A stretch of 60,887 nt of DNA, filler included. It is 2 parts of 2 records of this genome, joined end to end, with 100 filler letters (N's around TTAATTAATTAA, not from the genome) between each part and the next. Parts side by side here need not be neighbours in the genome. Positions count along the whole stretch, not along the records: positions 1 to 31,278 come from SRR31156797_4011; 1 more part is not named here. One strand, given 5' to 3'. How positions within the stretch are numbered: position 1 is the stretch's first letter; every line of letters starts with the position of its first letter. The position numbers and the translations under genes were made by a program. Positions 9,718 to 19,860 of this stretch are shown piece after piece. The notes beneath the pieces are model-generated. The model saw nothing but the letters and a program-made list of their open reading frames with translations. It had not been told where the DNA came from and searched no databases.

Positions 9718-11721
9718 ATGAAAAAATTTTTTATCCTGATATTTTGTCTGTTTCTTACTGCCTGCACCACACTGACAGAACAAATGCAAACAAGTCTGCA
9801 CAGCCACGACTTCAATACGGCCCTTGCCATGCTCGAAGAAAAAGGCGTCGGCAAAACAATAACCCCTGATGCCGATGAAGAAGACCTGCTTGCCAGAACA
9901 GTATATGAAGACGCTGTATTCAAATATTATCAGGAAAGAATCGATGATCAGTTTGAACTCGGCAACTTAAGGCGTGCATATGATCTCTCAGTTGAGGCAG
10001 ACTCGCATTGTCCATGGTCGGAAAAAATCCGAAAGACTGAATCAGGTTTAAAAGCAAAGGTCGCAAATCTGGATTCACTACAAAAAAAATGGGAACAGAA
10101 GGCTCAAAAGGAAAACCTTGACCCAACTACCGCAGAATCCGCATTCAAAGACCTTATTGGCTCATATCAGGTACTGAACGACACTCCGCTCCTTGCGGAC
10201 CTGCTGGACCGGTCAACCATCACCCTGCTCCACCAATGGGCAGTGAACCTGAATACACACAATCAAAAACTTACTGAATCAGAAGTAAACGAATTTGCCA
10301 CAGTACTGGATGATTTCCCCAACATTGATGAAGATAAGATTGCTTTAATCTTAGCCTTGAACAATCTGGCAACCATAAACAAAATCAACAAGAATCAAAA
10401 AAACAAATATTCCAAACTGGATAAATCAGCGCAAAAAGCATTAAACGATTTGGCTGTATTTTTTGGAAGTGGAAATGATTTCGTACTTCTAAAAGAATGT
10501 TATAACTCGTCCAAAAACATTTTTATTTCATGGACAGACTCTCACATTGCAAAGCTGTTGCAAAATACAAACGTTTCTTTCTCTCTTATCAATTCCGCTG
10601 AAACCATTTTGGAATCTGTTTCATTCATTGATCAGGGAAAAATCCGCTCTCCTCTGGCCAAAGCCCATCTGACACGAGCAAAAGCTATTGCCGGCAGAGG
10701 TAAAGCTGCTGCAATTGCACTGCTGCACGTTCAACGTCTCAGTGAGCTTTCGCCCACTCTTTATGCAAAATACGGCAAAGCAATAGCTCTAAAAGCCGAG
10801 GACAGCATAAAATCCAGTAAGCCCGTACAGTCTTCAATCCACCTTGGGACGACCCCGATAGCCACCATAGGTACCAGAGATAGGATTGAGTTGCTTTTTA
10901 AGTCCGGGGTCAACTCTCATACAAAGCCTTATTTCAAATGGCTATGGGAAAGCGGTAAAACAACCCGATGTAATACTGACGTATATTTTTCAGATATTAC
11001 TACCTATCTTCCTTCAACCTGCGAACTTAGCGTCATTAATTCGAAATTCCTGTCACACTATCAGGATGTGCCCAATCCGGAAAAACAAAGACTGGGTTCT
11101 AAATTACAAAATGCTGACCAAGATGTAAGAAATAAAAAATGGGACTATGACAGCGCAGTATCATCACACAACATATCCCCCAGCGACTATAGCCTGAGTA
11201 ATATAAACTGGGCTTATAACCAATATTCAAGCGCAGTAAACAATTACAACTATATCCTGCAACAATATAATGTGACCCCCATGACCATACGTGAACCCGT
11301 ATATATGGACTACCAGTTTGAACAAGGCACAGTAAAATCAGGCTGGTCAGTAACAACGGAAATTAAATCCGGAGAGAAGTTCGAAACTGTCAACAATGAG
11401 GAAGTGCAGACCGACTTTGTCAGACAGGGCTCAAATATGAACGATGTCAATTCCAACTACCGTGGAGATGACCCTGTAAATTTGGACTTTTCGGACAGAG
11501 CCATGCGGTACCGACTTGAAAATGTTATGGATTCCACAGTTAATGAATTCAAATCAACAGCCGTTCCGGTAAAAATAAAATTCTCCAAAGTTGGGAAGGA
11601 AGAACAAATAATCTTGACTGGTATCTATCAGCCTTTTGGCCCCATGATGGACAATATTCCAGAAAGATGGATTCATACTGCATTTCAAAAATCACATTTG
11701 CAGGCAACACTGGACAATTAA
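9718..11721 (+). CDS. Hypothetical lipoprotein, helical/TPR-like N-terminal half
   Basis: 667-aa ORF, lipobox LTAC, flanked by terminators on both sides, visibly more AT-rich than ftsY. Confidence 0.75.
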   Translation: MKKFFILIFCLFLTACTTLTEQMQTSLHSHDFNTALAMLEEKGVGKTITPDADEEDLLARTVYEDAVFKYYQERIDDQFELGNLRRAYDLSVEADSHCPWSEKIRKTESGLKAKVANLDSLQKKWEQKAQKENLDPTTAESAFKDLIGSYQVLNDTPLLADLLDRSTITLLHQWAVNLNTHNQKLTESEVNEFATVLDDFPNIDEDKIALILALNNLATINKINKNQKNKYSKLDKSAQKALNDLAVFFGSGNDFVLLKECYNSSKNIFISWTDSHIAKLLQNTNVSFSLINSAETILESVSFIDQGKIRSPLAKAHLTRAKAIAGRGKAAAIALLHVQRLSELSPTLYAKYGKAIALKAEDSIKSSKPVQSSIHLGTTPIATIGTRDRIELLFKSGVNSHTKPYFKWLWESGKTTRCNTDVYFSDITTYLPSTCELSVINSKFLSHYQDVPNPEKQRLGSKLQNADQDVRNKKWDYDSAVSSHNISPSDYSLSNINWAYNQYSSAVNNYNYILQQYNVTPMTIREPVYMDYQFEQGTVKSGWSVTTEIKSGEKFETVNNEEVQTDFVRQGSNMNDVNSNYRGDDPVNLDFSDRAMRYRLENVMDSTVNEFKSTAVPVKIKFSKVGKEEQIILTGIYQPFGPMMDNIPERWIHTAFQKSHLQATLDN

Positions 11722-11732
11722 CCACTGCCTAT

Positions 11733-11771
11733 AAGGAATCCCCTCGAAGCACAGCTTCAAGGGGATTCCTT
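11733..11771. terminator. Terminator hairpin between convergent genes
   Basis: AAGGAATCCCCT...AGGGGATTCCTT stem. Confidence 0.7.
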
Positions 11772-12601
11772 TATTTCCATCCAGTCTCGCAAACCGCCTC
11801 AAAACCCGGAAGGACAATCTGGCGATGATGCAGAAACATCCTATCCGCCCCATCCTCGCGCCCATAAATAGGATCACCCACAATAGGGAATCCCGCATGG
11901 GCGAGATGCGCCCTGATCTGGTGACGGGCACCTTTGGCTATGCGCACTTGTAAGAGCGAAATTCCATCTTCATAACTTTCCACCAATTCCGCACTGGACC
12001 AGCGCTCAGACGGAGCCTGTTCATCAAGTACTTTGGTGCGCTTACGATCAGCAGTATCGAGTTTATTTTTGACGATAAAAGATTCTTCCGGGATTCCATG
12101 TACCTTGGCATAGTAAATTTTATCCACAGTGCCGGAATCCTCATATGCCCGAAATTCATTTTCCCGCTCTACCCCGAAAGCCACCAGCAGTATTCCCGAG
12201 GTAAGAAAGTCCAACCGATTGGCAAGAATTGGTTCCTGCCCCGGAAATATCCCGCACAGACATTCTTCCACGGAGGGTTGCGGGCTTCCGGCAATTGCAG
12301 CGGAGTGCAAGCCTTGCGGCTTGAACACCGCTCCGAAACCATCCCCCTGTTTGACCACCTTAACCTGCGACAAAATCTCCACGGCGCAAGAACGGCTCTC
12401 GACTTCAAAAAGGACAACTTCCGCACCAGAAAACATCTTCAACCCCGAACGGCAGCTACGACCATTGACGGTGACACATCCGCTCTCAATAAGCCGCCTC
12501 CGTTCACGTAATCCGCTTTCAGGAAGCATCTTGAGCAAAAACTTATCCAGCCGCTGGCCTTCATCACACTCTTCAGCTAATATCTTGTTAATTTCATTCA
12601 T
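11771..12601 (-). CDS. RluA/RluD family pseudouridine synthase with S4 domain
   Basis: S4 'GQRLDKFL', 'KPQGL', catalytic 'NRLDFLTSG', 'GARHQIRAHLAHAGFPIVGDPIYG'. Confidence 0.92.
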   Translation of the reverse strand: MNEINKILAEECDEGQRLDKFLLKMLPESGLRERRRLIESGCVTVNGRSCRSGLKMFSGAEVVLFEVESRSCAVEILSQVKVVKQGDGFGAVFKPQGLHSAAIAGSPQPSVEECLCGIFPGQEPILANRLDFLTSGILLVAFGVERENEFRAYEDSGTVDKIYYAKVHGIPEESFIVKNKLDTADRKRTKVLDEQAPSERWSSAELVESYEDGISLLQVRIAKGARHQIRAHLAHAGFPIVGDPIYGREDGADRMFLHHRQIVLPGFEAVCETGWK

Positions 12602-12793
12602 TTTTATATCTTCCGTTTATGTTAGCTGATTACCGTTTCAATCCATTAAACAGGGTTTACGCTGCAAAGGAAACAGCATACAACTCACTAAGCGTAATGG
12701 AATTTATTTAAGCTGCCGTTTTTATAGCAAGTACCTACTTTTAAGCTGCCAAACGGTCTGAATCAACCTTTTCCCAAGATAGCAGGTTTTGCC

Positions 12794-13708
12794 GTGAATA
12801 TTAAAGGCTGTATTTTCGTCATCTGTGCCGCAATCATGTGGGGGCTGATCGGTCCCATCTCCAAGTTTCCAATAGAACAGGGAATCGCACCGCTTGAGAA
12901 CGCCTTCTGGCGAGCAGTCTTCGCATGGATACTCTTTGCTGTCCACGCCTGCCGTATTAGGGCCATCAAAATAGATATCAAAGACCTGCCACAGGTCATC
13001 GGATTCGGTTTTGTGGGAGTAACCATCTTTTATGGTTCCTACCAGCTTGCGGTACAGGACGTGGGTGCAGCTCTAGCCTCTGTACTGCTTTACACTGCTC
13101 CGGCATGGGTAGCTTTCATGTCATGGCTGCTGCTGGGTGAAAAAATGACCCCGATCAAAATATCAGCCATGCTGATCACCATTTTCGGGGTAGCCTGTGT
13201 CTCTCTTGGACCCCAAATTTTCAGCACTGGTACTGAGATGACCTTCACATGGCCTGGTATACTTTTCGGCCTCACCTCCGGGTTCACATACGCCCTATAC
13301 TACATATACGGCAAGACCATCTTCGCCCGCTACACCACGCCGACAATCTTTCTCTACGCTCTGCCCATAGGCGCACTCTGTCTGCTTCCAACATTTGATT
13401 TCACCCCCAAAACCGGGACTTCTTGGATGAGCCTCATCACGCTGGCCCTGATTTGCACCTACGGAGCATACTCTATTTATTATGCGGGTCTCAAATGGCT
13501 GGAACCAACAGCAGCCTCGGTAATCGCCACCATCGAACCGGTTGTCGCCGCTGTACTGGCATGGCTCTGGTGGAATGAAAGTTTCGATTGGACCGGATAC
13601 ATCGGCAGTGCATTAATTATTTCTGCCGTTTTAATGATTGTAATGGAAAAGAAAATTGTTGAATTATTTGCCGCTGGAGGCAAGCCAATAAATGCTAAAA
13701 CAAGTTAA
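12794..13708 (+). CDS. EamA/DMT family transporter
   Basis: About 10 TM helices; 'AAIMWG', 'LLYTAP', 'LLGEK', 'ASVIATIEPV'. Confidence 0.9.
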   Translation: MNIKGCIFVICAAIMWGLIGPISKFPIEQGIAPLENAFWRAVFAWILFAVHACRIRAIKIDIKDLPQVIGFGFVGVTIFYGSYQLAVQDVGAALASVLLYTAPAWVAFMSWLLLGEKMTPIKISAMLITIFGVACVSLGPQIFSTGTEMTFTWPGILFGLTSGFTYALYYIYGKTIFARYTTPTIFLYALPIGALCLLPTFDFTPKTGTSWMSLITLALICTYGAYSIYYAGLKWLEPTAASVIATIEPVVAAVLAWLWWNESFDWTGYIGSALIISAVLMIVMEKKIVELFAAGGKPINAKTS

Positions 13709-16700
13709 GGCTTCTGCCGGTTCTGGTAAGACCTATGAACTTACTGGACGTTTTTTATCGCTCTTAGCCGGGGCACAGGAAGAAGATTCGGTCCCGGTCT
13801 GCAAAAGCTCGCAAGGCAAAGGTTATTGCTGGCCTGAAATCATGGCGGTGACCTTCACCAACAAAGCTGCTGCCGAAATGAAGGAACGCGTGATCCGTTC
13901 CCTGAAAAACCGCGCTTTAAATATTGAAGGCGACGGTCTGGGCGCGGACTGGAAACCTCTGGACGCCAAGAAGCAGCTTATTCCCATTCTACAACGCTAC
14001 AATCGGCTGAATATCCGTACTATCGACAGTTTACTGAATCTGCTGGTGCGCATATTCGCCCTTGAACTAGGGCTTAGCCCGGAATTCGAACTGCTCTTTG
14101 AACCGCAGGCTTTGTTCGAGCCGAACTTCAACAAATTTCTGGCCCAATGCGAAGAGGGAGACCTGCTGCGTAAGGAACTGCTGGACGATGCAGTGGACAG
14201 CCTAGTGCTCAAGGAAGAAAAACAGGGATTCTGGCTGGCCGAACAGATGCGCATGCGTTTGCTCTCCATCCTGACTCACATCATCGACCATCCAGCGGAA
14301 CGACTGACTGACCAGGAAAAAATCGCAGGCCTGCTGCAAATTGAATTTGACACATTCCAGAAAGCTGTACGCGATTTGTCTGCACTCATTGAAACAGACA
14401 AACTCGCTGCTTCTGCGCACCTGAAAAAATATCTGGCCCACGCTGTGAAAATCGACTTCATGGATCTACCCAAAGAATCGACCATGGTCGCCAAGGACAG
14501 CTTTGAAGATTGCGTTAACAAAAAATCCAAGGGCGACATCAGCTCTTACCATGAAAAAGTATACGCAGAACTGAAAAAGGCCCACGAAATTTACCGTGAC
14601 AAAGGCACTATCCTGCGCGGTGCTTACGCGCTGGCCCCATTCGTACGTATTGTAGAAGAGATCCGGGCCGACATCATCGAATACCAGACCCGCAACGGCA
14701 TGCTGCTCAGTGCCGACCTGCCCAAAGTTGCAAGCTACGTGCTCCAAGGTGGAAATGCCCTGCCCGATGCATTCTGCCGTATGGGATCACGGTTGCACCA
14801 CCTGTTGGTAGACGAATTTCAGGATACCAGTCTCGCCCAGTGGAATGCAATGGCCCCGCTGGCCGTAGAATGTCTGTCCAAAGCAGGTAGCCTCTTTTAC
14901 GTTGGTGATGTGAAACAGGCCATCTACAGTTGGCGCGGGGGCCGTTCCGAACTTTTCGATGAAGTGGGACAAGACCCGGAACTGAGCGGACTTTCCGAAT
15001 TCACCCCGGCAAATCTGGATTACAACTGGCGTAGCCTTGAGCATGTAATCGGCTTTAACAATATATTCTTTGATGCATTGGCTGATTATGATCTGGCGAT
15101 GGACCTTTCGGAAAAGCTTTATCCCAACAGCCCGGAAGAGCAACAGATCGAACTGGCCAAAAAAATTTCCCATTCATTTGAAAAGGCGTCACAGCAACTG
15201 CCGCCGAATCAGAACCGGACAGGCGGATATGTGCGCCTGCAACGGATTTTCGCCTCCAGCTCACAGGAGATTGTGGATGAAACCCGCCGCAACTTCGACC
15301 TGCTCATGGCAGAGCTGCTTCCCCGCCGCGAATACCGGGACATCTGCGTACTGGTCCGTTCCAACGGGCATGCCCAACTAGTCTGCGACTGGCTGGTAGA
15401 AAAATCAATCCCGGTGATCACCGAGAACAGCTTACAACTGGATCGCCACCCTATCGTACGCCAGATGGTTTCCCTGCTCAAATTCCTTGATTATCCGCAG
15501 GACGACCTTGCATTTCTGGAATTCATCTGCGGACAGGAAATCTTCGGCCACATTTCAGAGATTGAACACGAAACTCTTTTCAAATGGCTGGCTGAACGGG
15601 ACAAAGGTCCCCTGCATCGCCGCTTTTCCGAAGAGTACCCGGACTTCTGGAACACGCACATTTCACCATTCCTGCGCAAATCCGGTCTGATGACTCCCTA
15701 CGACCTTGCCAGCGAGATGGTTAGCCGTTTCAAGCTCATTGAAACTTATCCGCAGGATGAACTCTACATTCGCCGCTTCCTTGAGGTCGTTCACCTGGCC
15801 GAGGAAAAGCGCGGCACCTCACTGGCTGCCTTCCTTGATTTCTGGGAACTCTCATCTGCTGAAGAGAAAGTACCCCTGCCTGAATCAGTCAACGCAGTAC
15901 GCATCATGACCATTCACAAATCCAAGGGTCTGGAGTTCCCGGTCATTGTGGTGCCTTTCCATAACTGGTCGATATCCGGACCGGACACTTCACTGGCAGA
16001 CATCCAAATAGACGGACAGACCATGCTGACCCCTATGAGCAGTTCATTAGGCGATATTTATTACGAAAACCGGACCCGCATGTTCAGTGAGCAACTCAAC
16101 CTGCTCTATGTTGCATGGACCCGCGCAGGTCAGGAACTATATGGATTCCTGCCTTCGGAGAAGACACGAGGCGTAAGTCCGGCACTGGCCGCAATAGAGC
16201 TGATCCTTGAAGATAAATTCAATGATCTTGGTCTGCTGGAATATGGGATTGCACCGGAAGATGCTCAGGCCCCCCCCACACCGAGTGAACCGGAAACTTC
16301 CACTGAAAAGCCATGCGACAATTTCTGTGAAACTGATCCAGACGAACTTCCCGAACCGGAACTCATGGGTTGGCTGCCGAGGCTGCGTGTATATCGTCAT
16401 AACCTTGAAGACTATTCCTACGATGCACGCATGCGCGGTGAACTGGCTCACAATGCCATGGAAAATCTAATCCTGACCGGGAATGACGAAGTAGATTGCC
16501 GCCGTAGCGCCAAAGCCGCATTCGCCAAATTCCCGGCAGTCACCGAGGAAGAAGACGTGCTGGTCCCGGAAGTAACAGATATGGCTCTCTGGGCCTTATC
16601 AGTCCCGGACGTACGCGCTGCCATCGAACGCGGCAGGCCGGAAGTAGCCATCATGGACGCCCAGGGCGAAACTCATCGCGCTGATTTGCTGCTTCAGGAA

Positions 16701-16871
16701 GATAAACGGGCCTTGGTAGTGGAATACAAAACAGGTCAGCCCTCCCCGGAAAACGAAAAGCAGGTCAAAAGATACTTAAAACTGCTTCGCGATATGTACG
16801 GTGAAAAAAAAGAATTACGTGGCTTGCTAGTATACTTAGACGGTAAATTTACACGGGAAGTTAATATTTAA
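13692..16871 (+). CDS. AddA-like UvrD/SF1A helicase with C-terminal PD-(D/E)xK nuclease
   Basis: 'ASAGSGKT', 'VTFTNKAAAEMKER', 'VDEFQDT', 'VGDVKQAIYSWRG', 'TIHKSKGLEF', 'LLYVAWTRA', nuclease 'RADL...EYKTG'. Confidence 0.9.
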   Translation: MLKQVKASAGSGKTYELTGRFLSLLAGAQEEDSVPVCKSSQGKGYCWPEIMAVTFTNKAAAEMKERVIRSLKNRALNIEGDGLGADWKPLDAKKQLIPILQRYNRLNIRTIDSLLNLLVRIFALELGLSPEFELLFEPQALFEPNFNKFLAQCEEGDLLRKELLDDAVDSLVLKEEKQGFWLAEQMRMRLLSILTHIIDHPAERLTDQEKIAGLLQIEFDTFQKAVRDLSALIETDKLAASAHLKKYLAHAVKIDFMDLPKESTMVAKDSFEDCVNKKSKGDISSYHEKVYAELKKAHEIYRDKGTILRGAYALAPFVRIVEEIRADIIEYQTRNGMLLSADLPKVASYVLQGGNALPDAFCRMGSRLHHLLVDEFQDTSLAQWNAMAPLAVECLSKAGSLFYVGDVKQAIYSWRGGRSELFDEVGQDPELSGLSEFTPANLDYNWRSLEHVIGFNNIFFDALADYDLAMDLSEKLYPNSPEEQQIELAKKISHSFEKASQQLPPNQNRTGGYVRLQRIFASSSQEIVDETRRNFDLLMAELLPRREYRDICVLVRSNGHAQLVCDWLVEKSIPVITENSLQLDRHPIVRQMVSLLKFLDYPQDDLAFLEFICGQEIFGHISEIEHETLFKWLAERDKGPLHRRFSEEYPDFWNTHISPFLRKSGLMTPYDLASEMVSRFKLIETYPQDELYIRRFLEVVHLAEEKRGTSLAAFLDFWELSSAEEKVPLPESVNAVRIMTIHKSKGLEFPVIVVPFHNWSISGPDTSLADIQIDGQTMLTPMSSSLGDIYYENRTRMFSEQLNLLYVAWTRAGQELYGFLPSEKTRGVSPALAAIELILEDKFNDLGLLEYGIAPEDAQAPPTPSEPETSTEKPCDNFCETDPDELPEPELMGWLPRLRVYRHNLEDYSYDARMRGELAHNAMENLILTGNDEVDCRRSAKAAFAKFPAVTEEEDVLVPEVTDMALWALSVPDVRAAIERGRPEVAIMDAQGETHRADLLLQEDKRALVVEYKTGQPSPENEKQVKRYLKLLRDMYGEKKELRGLLVYLDGKFTREVNI

Positions 16872-16873
16872 TC

Positions 16874-19777
16874 ATGAACAACAAACCTATCCAGATAATA
16901 TCGTGGAAAGAAGATTTCATTGAGAATCTCGCCACAACGATAATCAATGACTCTGACGGCGACCTGAGCAAAATCACAGTAATTGTGCCGCACCACCGTC
17001 CTGCCCGTTACCTGAAAAAAGCCCTTGCTGCATCGGACCAACTTCCCAAGCCGTGTATTTTACCGGAAATTTATTCTTTTTCCGACTTTGTTTCCTCACT
17101 GATTCCCAAGCTGACTGCCGAATTCCCGCGCAAAATAGGCAAGCTGGATCAAGTCGGGCTTCTCTTCGACATCATTGAGAAACTGCGCGGAGAATCCACT
17201 GGCATGCTCTCCAAGATGCCAACGGATTTACAATTGTTCTTTCCATGGGGAACCCGTCTGGCTTCTCTGCTGGAAGATCTGCTCCGCCAAGACATTAAAC
17301 CGCGCAACCTGACCATGCTTCAAGGCGAAGTGCTGGAATGGGCCGCTGCCCTGCTGGAAGAACTGGAAGTAATTTTCGTCCGCTACTTGGAAGAGTTGGA
17401 AAAGCGCGGCTGGACCACATCCGGTCTTGAAAACCGCACCTTGGTTGAAAGTTTCAGCGGCCTTGATGAAATCCTCAAGGACCGCAAACTGTACCTTGCC
17501 GGATTCTATGGAGTCAGCGGTGTGGAAGATATGTTCTTCCGCTACCTCTGGGAGAATCTGGGCCTGCAAGTAATCTGGCATAGTGATCCCGGACTTGCGG
17601 AAGGACGCAGGGGACACTTTGCTGTACGCGAACATCGACTCTGGCTCCAGAACTGGAAAGCCGAGGCTGTATCGGAGCATTCGGCAAAAGGAAGCTGTGA
17701 ATTACCGGAACTCAAATTCTTTGAAGGATTCGACCGTCATTCACAATTATCAGCCATGCGCGAGGAACTTTGTTCGCAAAAGGTAGAAGGTTGCGCCGTA
17801 GTCCTGCCTGATACCTCTCTGCTGCTCCCGGTAATGCACCATCTGCCAGAGCAGGATATTAACATCAGTATGGGCTATCCGTTGGAACGCTCGGCCCTGA
17901 ATGGGCTTGTGGAAGCCGTTCTTAAATTACAGGAAAACCGTAACGGGCAAAACTTTTACTGGAAAGATATTCTGGCCTTGATCCGCCACCCTTACCTGAA
18001 AATGCTGGAAGTAAACGGCGATCAGCCCTTACGGACCATCTTCCACCAATGGGAAAATACTTTGCGCCACGGTGCGCCCTATGCGGATGTAAAGGATTTC
18101 GTTCCGGTTTACAGTGACGATAATGGAAATCTAGTCGACAACCCGGAAACCACAGAAGAATTACGCGCCGAAGCTGTGCGTATCTGCATTGACGGATTCA
18201 AGGATATCGAGACTCTTTCCGAGCTGGCAGACAGCCTGCAAGGCATGGCGGAAATGCTCCGTCAGCGCGGAGGGACCCTTTGGAACCGTTATCTTCTAGA
18301 CTCAGAATGTCTGTTCCGACTCATGAATGAAGTCATCCCCGAACTGCGCGAAAGCTCCATCAGTAATGAAATTTTCGGACAGTCACTCTGCTTTTCCATC
18401 TTCAGACAATTACTTTCCTCACAACGCGTATCTTTTGAACCCGACCCCATTTCCGGGATGCAGGTACTTGGTATGCTTGAAAGCCGCCTGCTTAATTTCA
18501 AACGCACCTTCATCCTTGATACCGTGGATGACAAACTGCCCGGCACCGATCCTTACGATCCTCTACTCCCGGATCAGCTGCGCCATCTGCTGGACCTGCC
18601 CGATTCTCGAGAAAGGGAATCCGTTGCCACCTACAACTTTTACCGCTTAATCATGGGCAGTGAAGAATCCTGCATATTTTACCAGAGCGGCGTACAGCCC
18701 GGATTGCTTGACTCCAAATCCATCCGTTCCCGTTTTGTGGAACAACTGCTCTGGGAAATTGAACAGCAGCGCAAGGAAATCATCACTCCGGGTGAGGACT
18801 TCCCGCTCAAGGCAGTCAATTTTCCGGTTGGAGCAATCGTCAACAGTCCAGCAGCTATCCCCAAGGAACCGCTGCAGGACAAACTTCAAAACCTGCTTAA
18901 ATTCAAAGGTCTCTCACCGTCAGCAATTGATTGCTATGTGAACTGCCCGAAACAGTTCTTCTTTCGTTACCTGTCCAATGTGCGCGAAAGTGTAACGGTT
19001 GATCAGGACGGAGACCGCGCCGGATTCGGTGATCTGATTCATTCAGTACTCAAAGATTTTCTGGAGCCGCACCTTAATAAAGAAATCAGCGGTGCCGATC
19101 TGAATGCAGCCGAATTGCAGGATCTGTTCATGCTCCGGCTGGAAAGGGATTCACTTTATCCCAACCTTGCCTATGACATTAAAAAATCCCTTGAGCAGGC
19201 CGGTAAAAACAGACTGACCTTATTTCTCAAAAGCCTGAAACCGACCAAAATCGTGGAGCTTGAATCAGATTCACAGGCCAAAATGGAAATGGATGATTTC
19301 TCTGTAAGTATTCATGGCCGTGTTGACCGGGTGGATGAACGTGCCGGTGAACGTTACGTGCTGGATTACAAGACCGGACGACTGCACTTACCTCGCAAAT
19401 CTTTTTGGAACGACGAATCCATCTGGGGACCACTGCTTGATGATCCACAGGCTATCTATCATGACGGCACCCCCTTTCTTGAAAAGATCAAAGCATCAGC
19501 GGACAGCCTGCAGCTACCCCTCTATCTACTCATGGACCAGCACACATCCGGGGAACTGCCGAGACAGGCCGCACTGGTAGAACTGGTTACAGATGGAAAA
19601 GAAATGGGCCTTTTCGACTCCAAAACCGGTGACGAAGAACGCGAAGAGATCATTGAAACCAAAATCCCGACTCTGACCAAGGTAATCATCAACAACATGT
19701 TGCAGGAAGAAGATTTCAAACCAATACGCTCCAACATGTGCCAATGGTGCTCTTACCGTGAGGCCTGCGGAAGCTAA
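16874..19777 (+). CDS. AddB-like PD-(D/E)xK nuclease with Fe-S staple
   Basis: 'LSPSAIDCYVNCP', 'GDLIH', 'GRVDRVD...DYKTG', 'QLPLY', C-terminal 'CQWCSYREAC'; starts 2 nt after the addA-like gene. Confidence 0.88.
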   Translation: MNNKPIQIISWKEDFIENLATTIINDSDGDLSKITVIVPHHRPARYLKKALAASDQLPKPCILPEIYSFSDFVSSLIPKLTAEFPRKIGKLDQVGLLFDIIEKLRGESTGMLSKMPTDLQLFFPWGTRLASLLEDLLRQDIKPRNLTMLQGEVLEWAAALLEELEVIFVRYLEELEKRGWTTSGLENRTLVESFSGLDEILKDRKLYLAGFYGVSGVEDMFFRYLWENLGLQVIWHSDPGLAEGRRGHFAVREHRLWLQNWKAEAVSEHSAKGSCELPELKFFEGFDRHSQLSAMREELCSQKVEGCAVVLPDTSLLLPVMHHLPEQDINISMGYPLERSALNGLVEAVLKLQENRNGQNFYWKDILALIRHPYLKMLEVNGDQPLRTIFHQWENTLRHGAPYADVKDFVPVYSDDNGNLVDNPETTEELRAEAVRICIDGFKDIETLSELADSLQGMAEMLRQRGGTLWNRYLLDSECLFRLMNEVIPELRESSISNEIFGQSLCFSIFRQLLSSQRVSFEPDPISGMQVLGMLESRLLNFKRTFILDTVDDKLPGTDPYDPLLPDQLRHLLDLPDSRERESVATYNFYRLIMGSEESCIFYQSGVQPGLLDSKSIRSRFVEQLLWEIEQQRKEIITPGEDFPLKAVNFPVGAIVNSPAAIPKEPLQDKLQNLLKFKGLSPSAIDCYVNCPKQFFFRYLSNVRESVTVDQDGDRAGFGDLIHSVLKDFLEPHLNKEISGADLNAAELQDLFMLRLERDSLYPNLAYDIKKSLEQAGKNRLTLFLKSLKPTKIVELESDSQAKMEMDDFSVSIHGRVDRVDERAGERYVLDYKTGRLHLPRKSFWNDESIWGPLLDDPQAIYHDGTPFLEKIKASADSLQLPLYLLMDQHTSGELPRQAALVELVTDGKEMGLFDSKTGDEEREEIIETKIPTLTKVIINNMLQEEDFKPIRSNMCQWCSYREACGS

Positions 19778-19860
19778 TAGCTCTGTATTTTAATGGTTTG
19801 ACATTAGCAGTACTCTGTTGAACACTATGCACTATTTACAAAAAGAAGAGGAAGATAGAG

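Noticed and set aside
13692-19777. Helicase + Cas4-like Fe-S nuclease as a CRISPR or novel defence system
   Set aside because: Size, motifs and pairing fit AddAB; no cas1/cas2 or array in the window
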